A stretch of 63,315 nt of DNA. It comes from a bacterium. Its GTDB lineage: Bacteria > SAR324 > XYD2-FULL-50-16. Position 1 is the stretch's first letter. Each line of letters begins with the position of its first letter. Below the pieces are notes generated by a model. It worked only from the letters and a program-made list of their open reading frames with translations, made no database searches and was not told the origin of the DNA. The translations under genes and the position numbers were made by a program. Shown in pieces: positions 1 to 8,571 of this stretch. The stretch spans positions 1-63,315 of the forward strand of contig JAVVEA010000020.1 of NCBI GenBank assembly GCA_032250835.1, given 5' to 3'.

Positions 1-135
1 CGGTTCGGGGAGGGCCGCTTGGTAAGGGGCTCTTATTGATACCCCCATAAAAAATGGATTAAAATAGCAATTATACTAACGGCCTATACATGCCATACCT
101 AGGGGCACCTAAAAATAATTCTTGGCAAGCCCAGT

Positions 136-543
136 TTGAACCTGTTAAGCCTCCTCGAAACTTGTTTTGTGAGACCTGTGAGACCGATTCTTACCTTTTT
201 TGCGCTGCTGGCGGTGTTGGCCAATTTGGTCAACGCCACCTCAAGCTGTCATATGCTGCAAAGCGGCCAACCCGAACTTTCCGGGTTGGCCGCTTTGCAG
301 GTGGTATGCGTCACTCACTTAGGCGAGGAGCCGGCTGAAGACGAGCCCTCCGATAGCGCTGCGGTGGACCTATGCTGCCACCAGCTCCAGAACCATTCGA
401 TCGCTTTTAGTCTGTTGAACCCGCACTGGGAATGGTTGGAGCTGCCTACCAAAGCCGTTGTCTATCCAGCCGCCCAAGTTCTTCCTAGTTCCGCGTCTCG
501 TTCGTTCCGTCTCCCGCCCCGCGCACCGCCGCTGCAAGCCTAA
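136..543 (+). CDS. DUF2946-like (CruR/CutF-type) exported leader peptide with C-terminal RAPP arrest motif
   Basis: Hydrophobic N-terminus (ILTFFALLAVLANLV), ALQVVC, CCH motif, Pro-rich tail ending RLPPRAPPLQA; upstream of a TonB-dependent receptor. True start may be the in-frame GTG at 169 or 178. Confidence 0.75.
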   Translation: MNLLSLLETCFVRPVRPILTFFALLAVLANLVNATSSCHMLQSGQPELSGLAALQVVCVTHLGEEPAEDEPSDSAAVDLCCHQLQNHSIAFSLLNPHWEWLELPTKAVVYPAAQVLPSSASRSFRLPPRAPPLQA

Positions 544-604
544 TTTCAGAGTTGTTTTAATCCTGATTTTTATTTGGCTGGGCTCTGTCTAGCTGGCTTG
601 ACGG

Positions 605-979
605 GTGTGTCTCTTGTTATCTTGGTTGGTTCGGCCTTTTTGGGTCCAAATTTTTGCGCTGTTGATGGCGCTAGATATTTACGGTCTAGCCGCCAACTGC
701 AGCCCTTTGCCCAGCGTACCGAGCCCGCCCAGCCCCTCTTTTGCCGCACTCCAGCAGGTCTGCGGTACTACCGCGAGTGATTCAGAAGAGCCCGAAGGAC
801 CGCAGCGCTGCGACCAGTGCAGGCATTGTCAGTTGGCCGGTCGAGGTCTGCTCCCTGAGGCTACAACAGTCCAACTTCCCGTTATCCTCAGCCTCGTGGA
901 AGCGCCGACGCTTCCGTTGGTTATTCCTGTCCCCTCCAAGGGGCCTAAGTGCCTCTCCCGCGGTCCGCCTTCGGTTTAA
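605..979 (+). CDS. Second DUF2946-like leader peptide, CxxCxxC and C-terminal RGPP motif
   Basis: Hydrophobic N-terminus, AALQQVC (paralogous to AALQVVC of the first peptide), CDQCRHC, Pro-rich tail ending SRGPPSV; ends 64 nt before the receptor ATG. Start uncertain. Confidence 0.7.
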   Translation: MCLLLSWLVRPFWVQIFALLMALDIYGLAANCSPLPSVPSPPSPSFAALQQVCGTTASDSEEPEGPQRCDQCRHCQLAGRGLLPEATTVQLPVILSLVEAPTLPLVIPVPSKGPKCLSRGPPSV

Positions 980-1043
980 GCTCGTCCTTTATCGGTGGCT
1001 CTTTGTGCCGCCCAACGAATTAAACCTCTTTGCAAAAAAAAAC

Positions 1044-3197
1044 ATGAAGGCTTTGTCTATAAGTTTGTCCGCCCTACTCCTGCTTTCCCCTATGGCCCTA
1101 AAGGCCCAGCAGCAGGAAATTGAAGAACAGCTGATCGATGAAATCAGCGTCACCGCGACCCGCACGAAACGAAAAACCTCTGAGGTCTCGGCTTCGGTTT
1201 CGGTGGTCAATAGCGAGAAGTTGGAAGACGAAAGTATGTACAACATCAAGGATGCCCTGACCTCGACTCCGGGCGTTCAGATCGACACCAAAAACGGCGG
1301 CTACGACAGCCGCTTGGTGATCCGCGGGGCTGGCTTGAAGGCCGCTTACGGGGTGCGCGAGATCATGGTCTTGTTAGATGGGGTGCCGGTCACTGATCCC
1401 GACAGCTTCACCCGCTTCGACCTGATCGATACCCAAAATATTGAGCAAATTGAGGTGGTCAAAGGCCCGAACTCTACTCTTTGGGGCGCTAATGCCGCGG
1501 GCGGTGTGGTCAACATCATCACCAAAGACCCGCTCAAAACGAAACAGGGCAGCCTTAAGGTCGGTGCGGGCAACTTCGGCCGGGCCAACGCCAACATCTT
1601 TTGGAACGACAACCTGGGCGGTAGCCTCTTCTACAATCTTTCGCTAAGCCACCGGGAAGCGAAAAACGACTGGCGGCGTTGGAACGAGTTTTCCACCGAT
1701 CAAGTCTCTTTGGCCCCTACCTGGATGTTCGAAGACGGTAGCTCCCTAGAGACCCGGCTGGTCTATAGCCAAGCGGACATGCAACTGCCCGGCAGCTTAG
1801 ACGAAGAAATGTTTAAGACCTATGAAGAAACGGGAAAAGCCCCCGAGTCCACCGGCATCTGGCAGTATTCGGGACGTTATTCGACCAACTCCTACCTCTC
1901 GACACGCTTCAAAAAGCAGATCGGCAATTGGGAAATCGTGCCGATGCTGTACGCCAACCAATGGAGCCATCGCCACCCGGTCTATGCCCAAATCGGCAAG
2001 GCCAGCGCACTCAACTTAGGGACGGACCTTCAGGCAAATTTAGAGCACCCATCAGGAACCTTGACCTTTGGCATCAGCCAGCGGCAGGAAAACTATGACT
2101 CCAAGTCTTACGCCTTCGGGGATGTGGAAACCGAAAGGGTCACCTCGCGGTGGGCTAGCTATGATAAGATCGTCAAGGTCAACAGCGATGCCGAGGGCGA
2201 ACTGAACGAAACCGGGAAGCGCTCGACCCAACTGAGTGGGGTTTATATCCAGGAGTCTTGGCGGCCCGCCGATGGTTGGATTGTGGACGCCGGAGTCCGG
2301 CATGACCAAATAGGTTTTAACCTGTCCGGGGAAATCTACCGCTATTATTCGAGCTACACTTCCACTTACAGTGACTGTGGCTCGACGGCGACGGACTGCG
2401 GCGGTACCGCGGTGGATCAAGGAAAATACGACTTTAGCAAAAACTATTCGGCCACCAGCCCGAGAATCGGGGTGAACTACCGGGTCGCTCCGGGTGCTAA
2501 CGTTTATGCAGCCTTGGCTTCGGGCATCCAAACCCCGACTCAGGGCGAGCTTTCTTCCAACCACCAGTTGGAGTTGGTCCAGAGTATCAACTACGAAATG
2601 GGCCTGAAGATGCGCCAGAACCAGTTTGAGCTGGACAGCGCAGTTTACCAGAACCTTCTGAGCAATGAGGTGGTCAAGGTCATCAACAGCGATGGGCGCA
2701 CCGAATACACCAACGCAGGCAAGACCAAGAAGTTGGGCTTTGAGTTTTCCGGCAACTACCAGGTGAGCGACGAGGTCACTGCGGGTCTCTCTTATACGGC
2801 CAATGATTTCCGCTTTGTTGACTATATGGAACCGGTCTCTTCAAACGGCACGACGGTCTTAGTGGACCGCTCCGGCAACCGGATGGCCTACTCTCCCGAT
2901 CAAATGTATAGCCTAATGGCAGGATACAAGCAGCCCCAAGGGCTACGGGCCTCGATGCAGGCGGACAGTTGGGGAGCCTACTACATTGATTCGGAAAACT
3001 CGCAAACCTACGAGGGCTTTCAGTTCGTCACCAAGGCCATGGTGGGCTACGAATTGGGTCGCTATGACCTCCGTTTTAATGTGGAAAACCTCTTCGACCA
3101 ACGCTACGCCGTCGAGGTCACCAAGTCTTACGGAAGTAAGTACTACAGCCCCGCTGCTCCGCGGACCTTTTTGCTAACCCTCTCAACCAAGCTATAG
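1044..3197 (+). CDS. TonB-dependent outer-membrane receptor
   Basis: Signal peptide MKALSISLSALLLLSPMALKA; TonB box DEISVTAT; plug motifs IRG, LLDGVP, IEVVKGPNSTLWGANAAGGVVNIIT; barrel end NVENLFDQRY...PRTF. ATG 1044 preferred over the ORF-track start at 741. Confidence 0.95.
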   Translation: MKALSISLSALLLLSPMALKAQQQEIEEQLIDEISVTATRTKRKTSEVSASVSVVNSEKLEDESMYNIKDALTSTPGVQIDTKNGGYDSRLVIRGAGLKAAYGVREIMVLLDGVPVTDPDSFTRFDLIDTQNIEQIEVVKGPNSTLWGANAAGGVVNIITKDPLKTKQGSLKVGAGNFGRANANIFWNDNLGGSLFYNLSLSHREAKNDWRRWNEFSTDQVSLAPTWMFEDGSSLETRLVYSQADMQLPGSLDEEMFKTYEETGKAPESTGIWQYSGRYSTNSYLSTRFKKQIGNWEIVPMLYANQWSHRHPVYAQIGKASALNLGTDLQANLEHPSGTLTFGISQRQENYDSKSYAFGDVETERVTSRWASYDKIVKVNSDAEGELNETGKRSTQLSGVYIQESWRPADGWIVDAGVRHDQIGFNLSGEIYRYYSSYTSTYSDCGSTATDCGGTAVDQGKYDFSKNYSATSPRIGVNYRVAPGANVYAALASGIQTPTQGELSSNHQLELVQSINYEMGLKMRQNQFELDSAVYQNLLSNEVVKVINSDGRTEYTNAGKTKKLGFEFSGNYQVSDEVTAGLSYTANDFRFVDYMEPVSSNGTTVLVDRSGNRMAYSPDQMYSLMAGYKQPQGLRASMQADSWGAYYIDSENSQTYEGFQFVTKAMVGYELGRYDLRFNVENLFDQRYAVEVTKSYGSKYYSPAAPRTFLLTLSTKL

Positions 3198-3207
3198 GAG
3201 TCTCCCC

Positions 3208-4113
3208 ATGTTAAGGCTGATTTTATGGTCCCTATTGCTGACCCCTTGGGCGCTTCAGGCAGAGCCCTTGCGGCTGAGCCTGGACCCGCCCGGAGCGGGG
3301 AGCCAAAAGGCCTCTTATGAGTCCAGCCACGCGCCAAAGATGATGCGCAAATACTGGGTTCACGGGCAGGCGGAAAACTTGTCGGCTCAATTATTGACTG
3401 CCGATGGCGTCCAACATCCGCTCGTCCCGGTCCAGGAGTCTGGGGCCAGTTATTTAAGCTTTAAGACAGGGTTCATGGACGGGCCTTTACATGGGGTCAA
3501 TCAACTCTATGCCCAAAGCCGCCGCGTTGAGGGCCCTGACCTAAGGGTAGAGACGGCTCAGTGGTATAATGTCAACCATAGCTGCGGCTGGGGCCACCCC
3601 TTCCGCGCTGAGCCCGAAGGCTTGGCCCCTAAGGCATCGGGCATCGATGGCTTAGAACTGCTGGTAGAGCACCTTTGGGACGGCAACCTGCACAAAAGCA
3701 CCGAAGCGGGGGACCAGTTGCAGATCACCGCCTTGCTTAAGGGCAAGCCGGTGGCTGGGGTGGAACTAGCAGTCACTACCGGAAGCGGCTGGTCCAAAGG
3801 TCTGGTCTCTGATGAACAGGGCCGGGCACAGGTGCAATTGATTGGGGACTACTTCCCCGGAGACTGGTCTCGCTTTAAGGCGCGCCACCAAAGCTCTTTG
3901 TTGATTACCGCTCGCTACCAGAGCCTACAGGCCGGTACCTTTGAAAACCAGCCATACCAGTCGATCAACTACCAGACCAGTCTCCCCTGGAACTTCACCC
4001 CCGAGCGGAGCGGTTACCAAAAATATGAGACCGGGGCCCTGTTGGGTTTTGGGGGCTTCCTGGCCTCGGGCTTGGGGGTCTTTTTTTGGCGCTTTAAGCG
4101 CAGGAGGTGGTGA
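3208..4113 (+). CDS. Exported, C-terminally membrane-anchored protein (DUF4198-like beta domain)
   Basis: Signal peptide, HSCGWGH motif, LLKGKPVAGVEL...SDEQGRA segment, C-terminal TM helix followed by RFKRRRW; GGAG RBS. Confidence 0.7.
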   Translation: MLRLILWSLLLTPWALQAEPLRLSLDPPGAGSQKASYESSHAPKMMRKYWVHGQAENLSAQLLTADGVQHPLVPVQESGASYLSFKTGFMDGPLHGVNQLYAQSRRVEGPDLRVETAQWYNVNHSCGWGHPFRAEPEGLAPKASGIDGLELLVEHLWDGNLHKSTEAGDQLQITALLKGKPVAGVELAVTTGSGWSKGLVSDEQGRAQVQLIGDYFPGDWSRFKARHQSSLLITARYQSLQAGTFENQPYQSINYQTSLPWNFTPERSGYQKYETGALLGFGGFLASGLGVFFWRFKRRRW

Positions 4114-5084
4114 TGCGGCGATTTCTCGATTTAATGGACATCCGCAAATTCCGCTGGTGGGTCCAACTCTTTGGGTTTGTGCTGTTTGTCTATGGCGCAA
4201 ACTTTGGGTTGGTTTTGGACCAAGACCTGCCGACCTTTGCTTGCCCCTACGTTGACGGGCGCAGCGGCAACTGCATCTTGTTTGTGCTACAGCACCGCCT
4301 AACCATTCCTTTGGACCAAGTAGTGACCATGCGCGGGCTCGGTTTGTTGATGGCACTGGTGGGCTTTTTTATTTGGTTTGTGGCTCTGTCTAAGTCTTGG
4401 TGTGGTTTTATGTGCCCTATGGGGACCCTGCAAGACGCTATAGCCGCCCTTAGGGAAAAAATGGGTATCCCCTACAGCACCTATGCCAAGCCAACGATGG
4501 CCAAGCTGGGGAAGATCAAGTGGGTCTTGTTGTCGCTATTGCTGCTGATTCCTTTGGCTATGGCCAATGCGCTCCCAGGAGTGGGCAAATTGAGCCACGA
4601 ATGGGCCACACCCTTTTGTATGATCTGCCCTAGCCGGACCCTGCTGCCCCTGTTTTCGGGCGATTTCTCGCAGTTGGGCTTGGACCTTAGCTCTATCCCT
4701 AAGCTGGTTTTAACGGGCCTGGGGCTGCTGGTGACGGGCGCGGTCTTGGTGGGGGCTTTTGTCAAAAAACGCTTCTTTTGCCTCTTTTGCCCCATGAGTG
4801 CGCTGCATTATGTGTTCAGCAAATTAGCCTTTTTGAAGCTGATCAAAGAGCCCGACAAATGCACTCGCTGCGGAAATTGCTACCGGGCTTGCGACGTGGG
4901 GATTCATGAGATCGCCGAAGACCTAGAGCACCGCAACCTGACCACCCAAAACTGTTTGCTCTGCCTAGACTGCATCTCTGCTTGTCCCGAAGAAGACTGC
5001 CTCAAGCTGACCTTTATGGGCAAACCTCTATACCGCAGCACCGAGCTGGGCTTTTTTAAACGCCATTCCAATGAGTCTAAGTGA
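4113..5084 (+). CDS. Membrane 4Fe-4S-binding polyferredoxin (NapH/MauN-like)
   Basis: Several TM helices, WCGFMCPMG and FCLFCPM motifs, two ferredoxin motifs CTRCGNCYRAC and CLLCLDCISACP; TGATG overlap with the upstream stop. Confidence 0.9.
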   Translation: MRRFLDLMDIRKFRWWVQLFGFVLFVYGANFGLVLDQDLPTFACPYVDGRSGNCILFVLQHRLTIPLDQVVTMRGLGLLMALVGFFIWFVALSKSWCGFMCPMGTLQDAIAALREKMGIPYSTYAKPTMAKLGKIKWVLLSLLLLIPLAMANALPGVGKLSHEWATPFCMICPSRTLLPLFSGDFSQLGLDLSSIPKLVLTGLGLLVTGAVLVGAFVKKRFFCLFCPMSALHYVFSKLAFLKLIKEPDKCTRCGNCYRACDVGIHEIAEDLEHRNLTTQNCLLCLDCISACPEEDCLKLTFMGKPLYRSTELGFFKRHSNESK

Positions 5085-6346
5085 CCCCGAATCCAAAACA
5101 ACAAGCAGCAGCCTTCAAGCATGCTGCCATGGAAGCGATGTCCGTCTTGGACCGCATTTGTAATGAGTTTCCTGATAACCCCAAAGCGATGGGCCGCTTC
5201 TACCGGTTCTTTGAGCAACGCCACCAAGGGCAAGCTGATTGGGGGCCAGCAGGCACCCGGATCGGAACCGCCTGTGTGCAGGTGCCCGAAGAATTGATTT
5301 ATGCCGTGGGCGCGACACCGGAGCGGTTGTGTAACGGTGCCTATACCTTTGACCAGATCGGTTCGGAATTTTTGCCGATCAAGTCCTGTTCGCTAGTCAA
5401 GGCTACCCATGGGGTCCTGGCCATGCAAAACCGGCCCGACCGGCTCCCCTTGGTGGTGCTGCCTACCACCTGTGACCAAAAGAAGAAGTCCGGCGTGCTT
5501 TTAGAAGATATGGGCTACCACACCTGGGTGATGGAAATGCCTCCCTACAAAGACACCCCCGAGGCAGTCGAGTATTGGCGGGCTAGCGTAGCCAAGCTGG
5601 CCGGGGAGTTGGAGCGCACGACGGGGCGCAAGATCACCAAAAAGGGCCTGCGGGACGCCTTGGCCAAGACCCAAGCGGCCAAAGCCCAGTACCGAAGGTT
5701 CCACCAACTCCGCAAACTGGACCCGGCGGTCATTTGGGGCAAAGACGCCTTTTTAGTGACCAATAGCTACTTCTTCGCCCCCATTGAAGACTGGACTGAC
5801 GCCTTGAGTCAGCTAAATGACGAACTGGAAAAAAGGCGGGATACCGGAACGTCTCTGGGTGGCAAGAAGGCACCGAGGGTTTTGTTTACCGGGAGTCCCC
5901 CGATTTTTCCGAACCTAAAGGTTCCCTTGATGATCGAAGAATTGGGCGGGCTGCTGGTTACCGACGAGGTTTGCTCGTCGACCCGTTTGCTGTACGACGC
6001 CCCGGCTCCGGTGGAAGAGGGGAAATACGAATGGGTAGAGTCCATTGCCGACCGCTACCTTAAGCCCTGCACCTGCCCTTGTTACGCGCCCAACGAAGAC
6101 CGCAAACGCAAACTGGCCCGTTTGGTCGAAGACTTTGCGGTCGACGGAGTGATCTACCAATCCCTTTCGGGGTGCCAGCTTTATGAATTTGAACAGAAGC
6201 CGGTAGAACGCTTCTTGGCCGAGCGGGGCATCCCGATGTTGTATCTGGAGTCGGACTACAGTCCTGAGGATCAAGGCCAGCTGTCGACGCGGATTGAAGC
6301 CTTTTTGGAATCATTGAAAACCAAAAAACGAAAGAGGAAGCTGTGA
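5081..6346 (+). CDS. 2-hydroxyacyl-CoA dehydratase-family Fe-S protein, double-cubane cluster protein (DCCP)-like
   Basis: VPEELIYA, KSCSLVK, TTCDQKKK, EVCSSTR, CTCPC, GCQLY, LESDYS...GQLSTRIEAFLE; single subunit next to an activator. Confidence 0.85.
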   Translation: MTPNPKQQAAAFKHAAMEAMSVLDRICNEFPDNPKAMGRFYRFFEQRHQGQADWGPAGTRIGTACVQVPEELIYAVGATPERLCNGAYTFDQIGSEFLPIKSCSLVKATHGVLAMQNRPDRLPLVVLPTTCDQKKKSGVLLEDMGYHTWVMEMPPYKDTPEAVEYWRASVAKLAGELERTTGRKITKKGLRDALAKTQAAKAQYRRFHQLRKLDPAVIWGKDAFLVTNSYFFAPIEDWTDALSQLNDELEKRRDTGTSLGGKKAPRVLFTGSPPIFPNLKVPLMIEELGGLLVTDEVCSSTRLLYDAPAPVEEGKYEWVESIADRYLKPCTCPCYAPNEDRKRKLARLVEDFAVDGVIYQSLSGCQLYEFEQKPVERFLAERGIPMLYLESDYSPEDQGQLSTRIEAFLESLKTKKRKRKL

Positions 6347-7155
6347 ATCCGTCTTATTTTGTGGGGATCGATATCGGTTCGACCACCATCAAAGCGGTCC
6401 TGATTGATCGGAACCAAACCATCCAAGGGCAGGTCAAACGCCCTACTGGCGGTAACTACCACCAAAACGCCAAGGAAGCTTTTGATCAACTGCTCGCTGA
6501 GGCGGACGTGGACCCTGAGGCGGTGGGCTATGTGATCAGTACCGGCTATGGCCGCAAGCTCTTTAAATTGGCCGATGAGACGATCAGCGAAATCACCGCC
6601 AACGCAAGGGGGGCGGTTAAGGTGGGTGAAGGGGCCGGCACGGTTCGGACGGTAATCAACATTGGCGGCCAGGACCTAAAAATTATTGCCCTAGATGAAG
6701 ACGGGCATTGCAGTAATTTTGCGATGAACGACAAATGTGCCGCCGGGACCGGACGGTTCTTAGAGATGGTGGCGGTCAATTTGGAGGTGGAATTAGAGGA
6801 ATTAGGCCAGCTGCATGCCGACTGCCAGGCGACACCGGTGGTCATCAACTCAACCTGCACCGTTTTCGCTGACTCGGAAATCATCAGTATTTTGGCCAAA
6901 GGCCACAGCAAGGCCGAGGTGGTCGCCGGGGTGCACTACAGCATCGCCCGGCGGATCGCCCGCCTCACCAAGCGGGTGGGCGTCGATGGGATCGTGTTGT
7001 TCGACGGCGGTCCGGCGTTAAATCCCGGATTAGTCGAAGCGGTCCAAACCGAACTCATGCGCGAGTTGTTGGTTCCCCAGTACCCGCAAATGACTACCGC
7101 ATGGGGGGCGGCGATTTTGGCGCTAGAAGCGGCCCAGGAGCTTCACGATGCTTGA
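6343..7155 (+). CDS. ATP-dependent electron-transfer activator (HgdC/BcrAD/BadFG family, DCCP reductase-like)
   Basis: GIDIGSTTIK, STGYGR, IGGQD, MNDKCAAGTGRF, STCTVFA motifs. Confidence 0.92.
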   Translation: MNPSYFVGIDIGSTTIKAVLIDRNQTIQGQVKRPTGGNYHQNAKEAFDQLLAEADVDPEAVGYVISTGYGRKLFKLADETISEITANARGAVKVGEGAGTVRTVINIGGQDLKIIALDEDGHCSNFAMNDKCAAGTGRFLEMVAVNLEVELEELGQLHADCQATPVVINSTCTVFADSEIISILAKGHSKAEVVAGVHYSIARRIARLTKRVGVDGIVLFDGGPALNPGLVEAVQTELMRELLVPQYPQMTTAWGAAILALEAAQELHDA

Positions 7156-7762
7156 ATTGGCCTCTCTCTTTTTACTGGGCCTTGTCAACGGCGGGAGCGT
7201 TTGCGCGCTCAGTTGCCTGCATTACCTGGGTCCCTATTTGGTTACCGAAGGGGAAGGGTTCCGCAGCGGCGTCAAGACCACCGGCTGGTTTTTGGCCGGA
7301 AAGGCCTTCGGTTATACGCTCTTAGGTGGGGCTGCGGGCTTGATGGGGCAGTTGGTGAATCAGTGGATGGAGACCTGGGGGAAAAATTTGATGGCTGTCG
7401 CCCTGTTGGGTTTGGCCCTAAGTCTCGCTTTGCGTGCCCCCAAAGCCTGCCCCAAGCCGAGCGGGCGAGAGCCCTTTAAATTGTTCACCTTGGGCCTGAG
7501 TACCGGGGCGCTCCCTTGCCCGGCTTTGGTAGCCCTGCTTTTGGCGGCCAGCACCCGCGGCAGTTGGGTAGGTGGGGTGGAATTGGGTCTGGCCTATGGC
7601 TTGGGGATCGCCGCCAGCCCCTTAGCCTTGGTCGGCGGCGGCGTGGCGCACCTGGGGCGTCATCTGCGGGTCGAGGTGGGCTCTTTTTTGCCTTGGCTCA
7701 GGCGTTTGAGCTTTGTGGTGATTGCGCTTTTAGGACTTAAACTGATTTTAACGGAGTTTTAG
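7148..7762 (+). CDS. DsbD_2/TauE-SafE-like membrane protein with Cys motifs
   Basis: About 6 TM helices, CALSC in the first helix, GKAFGYTLLG, LPC motif. Confidence 0.75.
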   Translation: MLELASLFLLGLVNGGSVCALSCLHYLGPYLVTEGEGFRSGVKTTGWFLAGKAFGYTLLGGAAGLMGQLVNQWMETWGKNLMAVALLGLALSLALRAPKACPKPSGREPFKLFTLGLSTGALPCPALVALLLAASTRGSWVGGVELGLAYGLGIAASPLALVGGGVAHLGRHLRVEVGSFLPWLRRLSFVVIALLGLKLILTEF

Positions 7763-8188
7763 ATGCAGTGGATGAATGATCTGGTCGACTTCGGCATGAT
7801 GGGGCTCTTAGGGGCCTTGAGTTTTTTAGCCTTGGCGGTGGTGGTGGAACGCTGGTTGGTGTACCGCAAGCTTGAGCCGGGCGCTTTTAAAAGCCGCAAA
7901 CAGCTGGAATTGGTGCTTTCGACGAGGTTGCATCTGCTCGCCACTATTGGGAGCAACGCCCCCTATTTGGGCCTCTTAGGGACCGTGTTGGGGATCATGT
8001 TGACCTTTTACAATCTCGGCCAATCAGGGCAAATGGACTCGGGAAAAATCATGACCGGCTTGGCGCTGGCCATGAAGGTAACGGCCCTGGGCTTGGTGGT
8101 GGCGATCCCCACGGTGACGGCCTATAACCTCTTGCAGCGGCGGGCCAAAGTGCTGTTGATGCGGTGGGAAATTGCCCAGGAGGCTTGA
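7763..8188 (+). CDS. exbB: TonB-system energizer ExbB (short form)
   Basis: LATIGSNAPYLGLLGTVLGIM and ALAMKVTALGLVVAIP MotA/TolQ/ExbB motifs. Confidence 0.92.
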   Translation: MQWMNDLVDFGMMGLLGALSFLALAVVVERWLVYRKLEPGAFKSRKQLELVLSTRLHLLATIGSNAPYLGLLGTVLGIMLTFYNLGQSGQMDSGKIMTGLALAMKVTALGLVVAIPTVTAYNLLQRRAKVLLMRWEIAQEA

Positions 8189-8571
8189 TGGACGAGCAGG
8201 AGTTCAGCCAGATGAATGTGATGCCCTTGGTGGACGTTATGTTGGTGCTGTTGACCATCGTTTTGACCACCAGCAGCTTCATCGCCACCGGGCATATCCC
8301 GGTAAACCTACCCCAGACCGGTGGCCGGGCTGAAAAGCCGGTCGAAGCGGGAAAAATGCTTGAAATCAATGAGGCAGGACAGGTTTTTTTTGAAGGCCAG
8401 CCCCAGGAAGTCGCCCAGTTGGAGCAGGTATTAGAGCCCGTTGAACGCAACCTTAAGATCACCTTACGGGCAGACCAAAACATCCGGTTGGGCCGATTTG
8501 TGGAGGTGATGGACCTACTCAAACGCATGCAGTTCACCCGGCTGGAATTGGTGACCGAGGTCCAGCCGTGA
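8188..8571 (+). CDS. exbD: Biopolymer transport protein ExbD
   Basis: MNVMPLVDVMLVLL, LRAD motifs; TGATG coupling to exbB. Confidence 0.92.
   Translation: MDEQEFSQMNVMPLVDVMLVLLTIVLTTSSFIATGHIPVNLPQTGGRAEKPVEAGKMLEINEAGQVFFEGQPQEVAQLEQVLEPVERNLKITLRADQNIRLGRFVEVMDLLKRMQFTRLELVTEVQP

Noticed and set aside
741-1043. 101-aa N-terminal extension of the TonB receptor in the ORF track
   Set aside because: Overlaps the RGPP leader ORF; a proper signal peptide starts at ATG 1044.
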